A stretch of 64,000 nucleotides of DNA from Malacoraja senta (lineage: Eukaryota): contig CM075987.1 of NCBI GenBank assembly GCA_038087875.1, forward strand, positions 21,826,001 through 21,890,000, read 5' to 3'. Under the pieces are notes generated by a model, which had not been told where the DNA came from, ran no database searches, and saw only the letters and a program-made list of their open reading frames with translations. A program made the position numbers and the translations under genes. This document shows positions 25,861-38,000 of the stretch, in pieces (position 1 is the stretch's first letter; every line of letters begins with the position of its first letter).

Positions 25861-27743
25861 TTTTATTTTTCAGAATCCATTTCTCTAATTGAAGAGCATC
25901 TCACCTGCTCATTCATGGTCTAAAATCAACGAACCCTTGCAATCTCTCACCCATAATTTTGGGCTCTGTGTATATCCCCACATACACATCCCTGTTTGCT
26001 TAACTAACACAATCTATGTTCATTCCTGAATGTATAAATCTGTTTGTTTATTTGCCTTTATTTGCCCTCTTTGTACATCATTCACATTCACATCCATATT
26101 CTCTTTCACTCCATGTGAACATATAATACATTTTTCATATTTCAGATATTTTAGTACACAACAGTTAGTATACATCTGAGTGGACTGTACTGGATCTGTC
26201 AATATTGAGCATAGGTTAATATGGGATTGCAAAATTATATCTATGCAGCTGTTTATGTTAAATGCCTTTTACTTTCAATCATAATCTTCCCCCTTCTGGT
26301 TCTCGTTATTTTTCTCCCTTCATTTTCTCCTTTCTTCTTCCTGCTCTATCTCGCTACATCACTTGGTTTATTTTTCTGTTTTCTCCGTATCTTGAACAGG
26401 GCGGTTTTCTGTCCTACCAACCCCAAAGCTTTTTCTGCACAGTCGAGATAAGAATTCCGTTATCTGGGAGATGCAAGTGTGGTATTTAAAAAGAAGACAT
26501 GCAGAAAATTACATTGTGCGTTGATATTGTGCATTACAGTTATTTTCAGGCTCGAGGGATATGTTTAGTAGTGTACCCCGACCACCAAGGTCCTTAATAT
26601 ATAATAATCACTTGGTTTTTGGGCTTGGTCTTGTAATTTCCAAAATCACACAGACCTTAGAATCATGGTAAACTCTAAATGGGACAGTTGTAGGTTACAG
26701 ACAGAAGCAACTGCAGATGCAGAACCTGCAGTACCCTTCTTCAGAGTGCTTGCAGTAAGCCCTCAACTATAATCAGTCTGAAGAAGGGTCTCGACCTGAA
26801 ACGTCACCTATCCATGACCTCCACAGATGCTGCCTGACCTGCTGAGTTACTCCGGCATTTTGTGTTTGTTATTAGTTGTAGGATAGAGACAGGCTGGTGG
26901 TTTGGGCAGTTGCAGCCAGGGAGGTCAAAATCTAATGCAGTGTTACATTTACATGGGGAGAACAAGGAGTGACAATGTAAACTAGGGGGCATAATTCTAT
27001 AAGGAGTATTGGAAAGGAGAGATACTGGGTGTATATGTGTAAATAATTAAAAGGGGTTGAGCAGATTAAGAAAGAGGCTTTAAAAAGCATTCTGAGCATC
27101 AAAAATAGAAATATAGAGAGCGTTGAGATATATGGAGAAAGACAGAGGGTGTTGAGTGCCTGGAACACACTGCCAGGGGTGGTGGTGGAGGAGGCAGGTA
27201 CAGTAGTGGCATTTAAGAGCCTACTGGATAGGCACATGGATCGAACGTGGAATGGAGGGGTACGGATCACGTGCAGGCAGAGGAGATCAGTTTGACCTGA
27301 CATCATGTTTAACAAGGACACTGTGGGCCAAGCGGGTTGTCCCCCTGTGCTGTACTGTTCTATGTTCCTGGTTCTAATCCTTACAAAAACATTGGTTCAG
27401 TAAAATATCAATTTCTGGGCAGGAAAGACGTGAAGATCTTTTAGTGAAATGTATGTGAATGACTCTAGGCTACGTCTGGTTGAGAAACTTTAATTACATC
27501 AATAGACCAGAGAAACTGGGGTTTGTTTTCCTTGGAGCAAAGAAGGTTATGGGAGGGTGGGGAGGGAGGCATTTAAGACTATGAAAGGTCTATACAGAGT
27601 ATACTGAGACATTGATGTAAGGACAAAGAGCCAAGGGACATAAGATGAGCATGTTTGGCCATCCCTAATTGCCCTTGAGAACATGGTGGTGAGCCACTTC
27701 TTTGAACCATGGCAGTCTTGGGTAAGACATACCTATAGTATGC

Positions 27744-28264
27744 ACCCGAAAAAGGGACCACATCACCCCGATTCTGGCCTCTCTCCACTGGCTCCCAGTG
27801 CGGTTCCGAATCAATTTCAAGCTCCTTCTTTATGTATACAAAGCCCTTACCGGGCTTGCCCCCACCTACATCAAAAATCTGCTTACCCACCATACCACCT
27901 CCAGGTCCCTCAGATCGGCCGACTTGGGGTTACTGACCATCCCGCGGTCTAGGCATAAGCTCAAGGGCGACCGCGCTTTTGCGGTTGCAGCTCCTAGACT
28001 ATGGAACAGCATCCCTCTTCCCATCAGAACTGCCCTGTCCATCAACTCTTTTAAGTCTCGACTTAAAACTTATTTCTACTCTCGCCTTTCTTGAGGTCCT
28101 CTGAGAGAGCGCTGTATGTATGTATTTATGTATGTATGGTAAATCTATGTCCCACTGTTTGTAGCACGTTAGTACCTGCACTGATGTAAAGCACTTTGGT
28201 CAACGAGAGTTGTTTTTAAATGTGCTATAGAAATAAAATGGACTTGACTTGACTTGTCTTGACT
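27744..28264 (+). mobile_element. L2-clade LINE, 5'-truncated, with uninterrupted ORF2 C-terminus
   Basis: TRKRDHITPILASLHWLPVRFRINFKLLLYVYKALTGLAPTYI...GDRAFAVAAPRLWNSIP...FKSRLKTYFY; AATAAA at 28232 and (GACTT)n tail. Confidence 0.93.
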
Positions 28265-28514
28265 ATTGCACTGTGTGCTGGGATTCCAGATTTAGACCCA
28301 GTGATGATGAAGGAAAGGTGAAATATCTGCAACAGAATGGCATGCAAATTAAAAGGAAATTAGGAACTGGTTCCCGTGCACCTGAGTCTTTGCCCTTATT
28401 GATAATAGAGACTCTGTACCTGGGAGCTGCTGTTGGATGAGACTGTAGATGGTCTGGTGAACCCATGGTGCGGGGATTATCAACGTTCAAGGTGGTGAAT
28501 TAGGAGCATCATCG

Positions 28515-28825
28515 AGTCATACAGCATTAAAACAGGCACTCCAGACTAACTCGTCCATGCCGCTCAAGATGCCCCATCTAAGCAAGTCCCATTTGCCCAC
28601 ATTTGGCCCATATCTCTCTCTATAAACTTTTCCTATCCATCCACCTGTCCCCAAGTGTCTTTTAAGTACAGCTATAATACCTGCCTCAACCACTTCTTCT
28701 GGCAGCTCATTCCATGTACCCATCACCCTCTGAGTGAAAAAGTTACCTCTCAGGTTTGTATTAAAACTTGCCCCTCTCATCTTATAACCACGCCCTCTAG
28801 TTTTTGATTCACCTACCCTGGGCAA
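28515..28825 (-). mobile_element. CR1/HER1 LINE 3' end
   Basis: ORF: SKTRGRGYKMRG...NFFTQRVMGTWNELPEEVVEAG. Confidence 0.9.
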
Positions 28826-29425
28826 AAAAAAAATGTTATGAAGGTCTTAAAGTGGCAATAAGGCACTTATGTGAGAAGCTGGGTTAGGCTTCTTAGCACA
28901 AAGGGGGAATAAGAGTTATCAGGGCAAGGATAAAGTCGTGAAGGTCTATGCGTGTAGACAGCAACTCTACATTAATTATGCTGTGCTTTTATTATCACAG
29001 AAATAAACCGTGAATTGTTTACACATTATAAAATCAGAACAACCCACACTGGGGAAATGTGATGCCTAAACTGGATGAGTGGCACAGGTTTCATTGTCAA
29101 CACAAAACGGAATGTCTATTATGAATGTTGTGCGTCAAAGCGTTTTTAGTTTTACACCAAAAATGATTGGCATTCTTAATAATAGTTCTAAATTTACCGA
29201 TATATTGATTTGTAAGTGGATCAGTCACTATCACCTCAGTTTATGCCTGTATGCCTTTTGTTTATGTTCACGTTTATCTCTTTCAGTGTCTCTTCCAAGC
29301 ATTTCTGTCTGGTTGTCTTTACTCTCTGCTCCCTTCTCCCCCTCTTTTTAGACGAGTTCTCTTCGGATTTAAATCTGTCTTTGTGGCTCTGACATGGTGT
29401 TTGAACATTTTTTCCAAGTTTTCAT

Positions 29426-29511
29426 GTCTCTCTCCCTCTCTCTCCACACCCCCCCCCCCCCACTCTCGCTCTCTCTCTCTCCCTCTCACTCTCTCGCTCT
29501 CTCTCTCTCTC
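29426..29511. repeat. (CT)n microsatellite with poly-C tract
   Basis: Directly visible tctctctc...ccccccccccc...ctctctctct. Confidence 0.9.
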
Positions 29512-30185
29512 CAACTCATAAAGGAAGAATAAGCATATATCAAGCACGTGCCAAGCAAGTTTGCACCCCGGGCAGGATTAGAGTGGTGCTAATCGCAAAA
29601 GGAGTTCCAAAGGAGAGAACGGTTGCTCTGTCGGGAGATGTGGATGTGGATGGGGATCAGAGGGTAGTCCAGATGGAATTATGAAGGTAAGCTGTTAGTG
29701 GATATCTCTGCCTCTGATATCTGTGTACATACCTCTGAAGAAGGGCTCAACCCGAAACGTCACCTATCCACGTTCTCCGGAGATGCTGCCTGACCCGCTG
29801 TGTTAGTCCAGCACTTTGCGTCCTTTGCTGTTTATTTAAGTCTGAATTTCCTTTCATTCTATTGTGTTTTGTTTGTCCGTCTCCATTTGTGGGATATACC
29901 CGATTAAACAGCAGGCGCTAGAAATACTCACAAGGTCAGGCAGCATCCGTGGTGAGAGAAATGATCAATGTTTCAGGTGAAGGACACCGTCGGTTCTCTC
30001 AAACGCAGAGGCTGCCTGACCTTTAAGTACTTCAAGGACTTTATGCCTTTATTTTAGATTTCCAGCGCTCGCTGTGTTAGACTATTCTGTCAAACTCTAT
30101 AACTCCCGTGTTTGTGTCTGCACCTCTCTCGCCCCTCTGTTAGTCTCCCCGTCAGAACAGCCTTGTCCCTTTACTCCCCCATGCT

Positions 30186-30267
30186 ATTGGCTATCGCATG
30201 ACTTGCAGAGGGGGAAAAACACAGATTTGCGGAGAAAATAATTATCAGATTGAAAAATCAGGGCGGG
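30186..30267 (+). promoter_or_regulatory. GFI1B proximal promoter
   Basis: ATTGG (30186-30190) one base from TATC (30192-30195); TTATCA (30242-30247); AATC/GATT cores at 30224-30227, 30248-30251 and 30256-30259; GGGCGGG (30261-30267); lies just upstream of an exon-like segment with a consensus donor. Confidence 0.75.
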
Positions 30268-30309
30268 CTAAAAAAAAAGAGAGAGAGAAAACGCCAAAGC
30301 ATTAGAACC

Positions 30310-30484
30310 CAGCTGGATTGAACGCGTAGATTATACATGCAGCAGCCAGAGTGAGCCGAGAGTTTGTACAAGTTCAGGTGCAACCTGCCCCGCAGGTCCG
30401 GGAGTTCGGACTCCGGTTACAATTCACACAGGAACAACCAACACGGGCTTCAGCGACACGTCCCGGCTGCAGCCTGCAAACTGG
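30310..30484 (+). other. GFI1B: GFI1B non-coding first exon (start approximate)
   Basis: CpG-containing unique segment downstream of the promoter motifs, ending in consensus donor CTGG|gtgagt at 30484/30485. Confidence 0.65.
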
Positions 30485-31884
30485 GTGAGTGTTAAAACGC
30501 AGCGGGACTAGGGGTTCGCAAACAAGATCCAGGAAAAGCGAAGCAACGAGTCCGTGTGGACGCGAGGAACTGCAGATGCTGGTTTACAACAAAAAAACAA
30601 CCCAAAAGACCCAAAGAACTGGAGTAACTCAGCGGGTCAGGCAGCATCCATGGAGAACATGCCATGGATTCTGCCTGACCCGCTGAGTTACTCCAGTCAC
30701 GAAATGGGTCACATTTCGGGTCGGGACCCTGCGGACAAGTTGGTGTTTGAGGTGCATGCGATGAATGTTACAGGGGGGCGAGGAAAGTGGTCCATGGAAT
30801 TGGTGGTCCACAGGAAAGTGTGCTACAGAATAGTCTTGGTTTGTGTATTGTGCTCGGGGCGGTTTATCAATCGGATTTGAAAGGTAACCGGACCTGAATA
30901 GTAGATTTATCCTGGTCCCTGTCTCTGCTGGGGCCAGTTCGAACCCCCGCCTCACAGTTATACACTCAGTCTCAGAGAACCATCCCCGTCTCCCCCCTTT
31001 CCCAGCCTCTCTCGATTTTATCTCCCCCCCCCCCATCCCAGTCTCTCCCCAACCCAGTCTTTCTCCAATCCCAGTTTCTCGCCACTCCCAACAAATGCAG
31101 ACTATTCCCAAATCCCGATTTCCTCTCGATCTTATTCACTTTAAATATCGATATCGCCACGAAATAGTCTCCCAAGAAACCCAAATCTCCCTAATGCAAA
31201 TATTTCCCCTCTCACGCTGCATCTCGAGCAAACTAATCCCACTTTACCCCAATTCAAATTTCTCCCCAGTTCTCAGGTCCGATTTAACTATGGTTGATTA
31301 AAGGACTCCCCATCAATGTGGTCAATTGTTTTTTTTAATGATATATTTATAAGAGATCGTCGGGATGTTGCCTGGGCTTGCGGGCTAGAGTTGTAGAGAG
31401 TTGCAGAGAGAGGTTGGATAGGCTGGGGCTTTATTTCTTTGGAGTGTTGGAGGCTGAGGGGTGAGTTTAATGGTTCAATTGTTTCTTTATTGTCACGTGT
31501 AGCAGGTACGGTGAAATACATTTTTTTTTGCATATAGCTCAGCAAGTTTACTAAGATGTACAAGATCACGAGGGCCATGGGTAAAGTTTACGCTCGCTGT
31601 CCTTTTCCCAGGGGTGAGGATTCTAAAACTAGAGGGCATAGACTCAAGGTGAGAGGGGAGAGATTTAAGAGGGATCGCAGTGGGCAACTTTTTCCCCCAC
31701 ACATATCTGGAATAAACTGTCAGAGGAAGTTCCCGAAACGGATATAATGAAAATTAAAATTAATTAAAAAAACATTTGGACAGTCAAAGGTTTAGAGGCC
31801 TGTGACCCAAATGCAGGCAAATGGGACTAGTCCAGTTTGCCAACTTGGTCGGCATGGACAAGATGGGCAGAAGGGCCTGTTCCC

Positions 31885-32042
31885 GCCCTCGTTTTCACAC
31901 CTCACCCTTCCAAATCTCTGTGTCTCCCTCTCCCCTGAGTCTCAGTCTGAAGAAGGGTCTCGACCCGAAACGTCACCCATTCCTTCTCTCCAGAGATGCT
32001 GCCTGTCCCGCTGAGTTACTCCAGCATTTTGTGTCTATCTTC
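31885..32042 (+). mobile_element. PLE terminal repeat with intact hammerhead core at 31947-31974 (sense to GFI1B intron 1)
   Basis: CTGAAGA-A-GGGTC-TC-GACCC-GAAACGTC plus family tail. Confidence 0.85.
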
Positions 32043-34323
32043 CGTGTGACTCTATTTGTCTAAACGACTGAATTGCTTGGTTTGGCTGAGATTATCATGT
32101 CAATTTTCACTTCGCTATGTAAACGCCACCAAGTTGTAGTACAGGATTTATATTGAAAAATAAACACTTGTCGATTTATTTTTGGCTTAATTTTGAATAA
32201 CATTCCTAATGTACATAAATCTGGTGATTTTGTTCCCGTGGACCTTTCAAACTCCCCTCAACATTTCTAGCGAGAGGGCGAAATAGCACCAACACACCAA
32301 GTGTAAAGGTGTGTAGAAGGAAGAGTCGCCTGCCCATTCCTCCACAGATGCTGCCCGAGCCGCTGTGTTTTATCCGAAGTGTAAAGGTGTTCGCAGGGAT
32401 CTTAGTGTTAATACAATCACAGTTCCGCAGGAAGGCAGCGTTTCACTCCTGATGAAGAGCAGACACTAAGGCCGGTTTCTCTCCTCTCCCAACCTCCCTC
32501 CAGTTCCTTGGCGCTCACGCCTTTGATCGTTGTTTATCCCAACAGCGAATGCCAGCCAACTTTTCCACCACCGGGTCCCTGAAGAAGGAGCTCATGTATG
32601 TCTGTCCACCGGTACCCACTGGTTAAAGACTAGGAACAAGAGGCACAAGAGACGCTGGAATCTTGAGCGAACGTGAAGTACTGGAGGAACTCAGCGGGCC
32701 GGGCAACGTATGTGGGGGGAATGGACATTTCGGGTCGGGACACAAAGTGTTAAACTCATCAGTTCAGGCAGCATCTCTCCAGAACATGGATATGACCCTT
32801 CTTCAGACTTAGATTGGGAGCACTGATATCCCCCTCCACCCCTCTCATCTCTTCACTCAACGGGACAATTGTAGCAAGAATGAGATGAGCTCACTCGATA
32901 ATAGTTTGCCTTTGAGGAAATAAACTTATTGCATAAGATTAAAGAAGATTTCCCGAGTGAAATTTCAAAGGAAATCCAAGTCAGAGGTGGAAAGGAGACC
33001 ACGGGGTTACGGATAAGGACAGAAGAGGGGGTGCGGGATGTACAGCCGGAGGGAGGGATCGACTTTGTCTCTTTTCTCCCGGCCCAACATGTCGTCTGTC
33101 CATTCCCTCCACAGATGCTGCCTGATCCGCTGAGTTACTACTCCATCGTTTAATCGTGAAAGCGGTTTCTCGTCAACCGTGGCAGCGCGGCCGCTTTCTT
33201 ATCTTTCGGGCAGCCAAACATGAGTTCAACCTCACTCCAGAGAGTCCAGGTGCATTAGTTGCATTCTATTGCCCTATTCAAATCCGAATGATTTTGATAA
33301 CCCCGCTGACTCACAGAGGCCACAGTGCCTGGTCGGTCGGAGGTGCTATTCCCCAGGCGAGTGGCTGGACCCTAGTCCCATCTGCTTTCCGGGGCTCCAG
33401 TGCAGACTCGCTAGTGTTATTTTAGTAAGGAGTTTTCTTCAGTGACACCATTGCCAATATTTACTCTTTTAGGTTTTGATTTATTAATGTCATTATACAC
33501 ATTTGTGTATTGTGAAAAGCTTTTATTATTTTGCACGCTGCCAATATCATTGTTGGTCGTGGTACCTTGCGTGGTGAATCTGTGGGATTCATCGGCACAG
33601 AAGGTTGTGGAGGCCAAGTCAATGGATATTTTTAAGGCAGAGATAGATAGATTCTTGAGTAGTAAGTGTGTCAGGGGTTATGGGGCGAAGGCAGGAGAAT
33701 GGAGTTGAGAGGGAAAGATAGATCAGCCATGATTGAAAGGCGGAGTAGACATGATGGGCCGAATGGCCTAATTCTGCTCCTAGAAATTATAAAATAATGA
33801 GTCTTGACATCATGTTTGGCACCGACATTGTGGAGGGAAGGTCCTGTTCCTGCGCTGTACCTTTCCATGTTCTATATAAAATAGTCTTGAGTGTCAACAG
33901 GTATAACTCTGCCGAATGGCCTAATTCTGCTCCTAAGACTTATAGACTTATGAACTTGTGAGGAACTTAGCTGCTGCTTTTTATCTAGTTAACAACATTG
34001 ACGACCTTTCAAAGTTGGTTCATTGGCTGTAAATTGCTTGGAACATCCTGGTGTCAGGATTGGAGCTTCCAAACCTGGCCAATCCAGCATCAAGAACCCA
34101 GCATCGACTGTTCATTGTATCTTTCTTCTTTCCTCCTTTGTTCCATCATTTAATCTTGAAAGCCTAAATTTTCTTCCATGGTATTTATCAGGGAGTCTCA
34201 CTTCATGGATTCACGGATTAGAGGAAAGCATATTATTGATTATAAATCACTTGAGATAGTAAAAGGTTTTATATCGAACTCATCTTTTTTAATTGAGGAT
34301 ATAGAGATTTTAAGAAACAATTA

Positions 34324-34522
34324 AGATAGACACAAAAAGCTGGAGTAACTCAGCGAGACAGGCAGCATCTCTGGAGAGAAGGAATGGGTGACGTTTCGGG
34401 TCGAGACCCTTCTTCAGACTGATGCCAGACTGAAGAAGGGTCTTGACCCGAAACGTCACCCATTCTTTCTCTCCAGGGATGTTGCCTGTCCCGCTGAGTT
34501 ACTCCAGCATTTTGTGTCTGTC
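34324..34522. mobile_element. Inverted pair of PLE terminal repeats (about 95-bp arms) with a hammerhead core on each strand
   Basis: Minus core at 34390-34417 and plus core at 34430-34457; arms are near-perfect reverse complements around a short spacer. Confidence 0.9.
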
Positions 34523-35217
34523 CCCCTGTGACCACATAGGTTTCCTCTGGGTGCACCACTTTCCTCTTTATCCTTCGTGAATGTTCTAAAGTTTCAGAGA
34601 CTTTATCCAGTTGGGGTTATAGTATATTTGGGAATCTATTCATGCTTTTTAATACGATATACCGCTCTATACAAATGTCATAGTCATATTGGTTGGGCTG
34701 GTTATTTTTGCCAATACTGAACATCGCAGTCTGCGAGACACACGTCGAAAAACCACAAATATGCCTGAAATACATTGAAATGCCAACATGTCAAAAATTC
34801 ACAGGAAAACCTCAGCCAGTCTTTGAACCTCCTCATTCTGTCAATAAGCTTCCGTCAGGCCTGGGGAAGGGGGGGAGGGTAGAAAGGAAGAAATGGTGAC
34901 GTTAGAAAGAAAGAAAGCACAACGGCAAAATAACAATTAGATATTATTTACTTTTGCCAAGATTTTCCATTGCACTTCCTCCCTTTCTCATCTCTTTTGG
35001 TGACTTTGAGCCTGGCAGGGTGGAATATGTGGGTGAGTTACAGGATGAGACAACACAGAATAAGGCCACTTTTCCCTTTGTGACTCTGCTGCTTCTCTGA
35101 AAGAGCTTTTCATATACAAAATAGGCAGGCTGTCCACTCCTCAAATCTGTTCTACTTTTCAATAAGGTCACAGCCACATTTTTACCTCGCCACATTGTCT
35201 TGAATACACTCAGAGCA

Positions 35218-35495
35218 AGATGGTGCGGCTGTAGAGTTGCTTCCTTACAACGCCAGACACCCGGGTTCGATCCTGACTAGAGGTGATGTCTGTACAGAGT
35301 TTGCATGTTGTCCCTGTGACTGTATAGATTTTTCCAGGTGCTCCGGTTTCCTCCCACACCCCAAAGACGTACCGGTTTGTTTGGTACAACTGTAAATTGT
35401 CTCTAGTGTTAGTGTACGGGATCATTGCTGGTCAGCGTGGACTCAGTGGGCTAAAGGGCCTGTTTCTACATTGTATCTCTAAACTCTAGTCTAAA
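35218..35495 (+). mobile_element. HE1-like V-SINE
   Basis: tRNA-like head (ccgggttcgatcctgact), V-domain and CR1-like tail. Confidence 0.85.
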
Positions 35496-36377
35496 CCATG
35501 TCTCCTCAACCCTTATGGATAGAACATTTTGAACGGACATTACCCACTGAGTGAAGATGTCTTGAATGACAGGCTCCTGGTTCTGTTCACCCTGGTCAGG
35601 GGAAACACAAATCAGACATTTATTTTATAAGGTCCTGTTCTTCATTCTTCAAACTATAGAAAACCTGTATCCACTTTACTTAATTTCTCCTCATCTGACA
35701 TTCTGCTAATCGATGTAATGGACCTATGTTACTCCCATTCTATTGCATCAGCGAGATCAGACCTGTATACAATATACTAGGTGTAACTTCACTAGGACTG
35801 TATGTAATTGCCATAAGGCGCCGTTGCTCCTGCATGCAAATCCTTACGCTATAAAGGTCAAGTTACAATTTGCCTTCCTAATGTCGCGGTGCAGCTACAT
35901 ATTAACTTTAACTTATCTATGTCCCTCTTAATACCAACACCTTTTAATCGTTCTTAACTTAAAAGATCCTCTATTCCTATTTATTTTTACCATTAATTTA
36001 ATAACCTCTTGTGTGGCACCTTGTTAAAGGCTTCTGGAATTATAAAAGCACCACACCGACAAGTTCACAATTAACTATTACTAGTTACAATGTCAAAAGA
36101 TCCTATTAGATTTGTCATAAAATGATTTATTTTCCTTTGGCTCCACCTGGTCCTATTATTATTTTCTAGTCATTTCATGACTTCATTAATAGTAGCATTT
36201 TTGTATTAACCAATGAGCAGCTAGCTGGTCTGTTTCTATTTATTTATCTGTTTACCTTGTCCCCCTTTCTTAAGCGGTGGGATTACATTTGCTACCTTCC
36301 AATCTATGGGAACCATTCTAAAGCCAATGGAGCTGTAGGAAGTGATAACCAGTACATCATCATCATCATGATCATCA

Positions 36378-37160
36378 TCTCTGTAGACAATCCCTCAAAA
36401 TCAAGGATGATTTGCTTCTACTCCAGTTCTGGTGGGATCTAAGGTGATCTAAGGCTGATGTGGGAAACACAGCCTCCTTTATAGATTGGGCAATGGGTTT
36501 CTAACAGGACAAACAAGTGGGAAGTTTGTGAGGTGGTGTGGTCCATCTTCATTCCTGACACGTGGACCTCGGTGCTTCTCAACTCCTCTTTCTTTTGTAA
36601 TTTAGTTGACAAGGAGGCTGTGAGAACACCTTTGAATCTTTCCCAAGTCCTTTCCCACTGTCCATCTTTTAATCTCTTCCAGAGATAGAGATCGGAATCA
36701 AGTGTTTGTTTCTGGAGTCTGATATTGAGCTTGCATATGAAATAGCCTGCCCAATGGAGCCAACTGGATTTTACTTGGATACTTGCAATCCCTCAAGAAT
36801 CTGAAGAAGGGTCTCGACCGGAAATGTTACCTATTCCCTTTTTCCAGAGATGCCGCTTGACCCCCTTTATGTGCCTATTTGCGATCCCTCACTTGGATGT
36901 AATCAAATGGTGCCAGTATTTGGACCAGGGGTGCTGTCACCTTTCTGATGGGTTTTGATAAGTAAATGTTCTCAGCGTTTTGTCAGAAGGACCCTGTTGG
37001 AGTTAGCTTTCCCTACTTGTTTCATGCCAATTGTGCTTAGCCAGAGGGTTGCCGGAGGAGATCAGTTTGTCTCCCTCTTGGATGCTGATCAAGGTCAAAG
37101 CAGAAATTTTGCTTGGTCGCTTGACAACGTGCTGTTGAAAAGAACATCATACTTCAGTTT
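36378..37160 (-). mobile_element. Degenerate RTE-clade LINE 3' part, interrupted by a PLE remnant near 36800
   Basis: Minus strand remnants GQWERTWERFKGVL and HVGRIMP-like segments; RTE-like 3' end ccctcaaaatcaaggatga on the plus strand. Confidence 0.55.
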
Positions 37161-37888
37161 ATTCTACTGATTACTTTAAATCAAATCCGAAGTGACATTT
37201 CTGCTGTTGGAAACAGTTTCTTCTTATTTACTCTGTTAAAACCCTTTCATAGTTTAATCCCCCCCCCCCCCCTTAACTGCCTGTGCTCAAAAGAAAACAA
37301 CCCAAGCTTCTCTATTCTCTCTATAATCCCTCACCAGCGGCAATTTGATGCAGCTGGTAGAGCTGCTGCCTCACAGTGCCAGAGACCCGAGTTAGATCCT
37401 GACCGCGGATGATGTTCCCTTTCTTTCTGTGACTGCATGGGTTTCTTGCAGGTGCTCCAGTTTCCTCCCACATCCCACAAAATGTGCAGGTTCATACGTT
37501 AATTGGCCTCTGTAAATTGTGTAGGGGGAGGATGGAAAAGTGGGAAAACAGAACCAAAGTGATCGATGGTCGGCTTGGACTCAGTGGCCAAAGAGCCTGT
37601 TTCTAAGCCACTCAATTCAATCAATGAAACTGAAGATCCATATCGCTGAATCCATTCACATAAACCTCCTCTCACCTTTTGTTAGTGTATCAAGACTTGG
37701 AAGTGACCTGCAGAGGGATGGTTGGGAAGGAGTGGGAGAGAATGTTTGCAGTTAATGGATGCTGTAGTGGATGGACACTTGGGGTGAATGATATGAATGT
37801 CCTTCATCAGATTTGGAAATAGCAATTTATGATTTTTAAAACATTTTTTCCACTCTTTACTCCCCTCCCCAGTGCTCTAGAGTTCACA

Positions 37889-38000
37889 ATGCCGAAATCA
37901 TTCCTGGTGAAAAGCAGAAAAACTGGCTCTTTTAACCAGCCTCGATACAACGATGATAAAGTATCAAGCAAACTGGAGCCGGTGTTGACACCTCCTGTTG
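37889..38000 (+). CDS. GFI1B: GFI1B coding exon 1 (gene exon 2; SNAG domain)
   Basis: Acceptor cccctccccag| at 37872, ATG at 37889, MPKSFLVKSRKTGSFNQPRYNDDKVSSKLEPVLTPPV, donor TTG|gtgagt; phase 1. Confidence 0.95.

Noticed and set aside
30629..31111. 160-aa minus-strand ORF in GFI1B intron 1
   Set aside because: Built from low-complexity purine-rich sequence and a PLE remnant.
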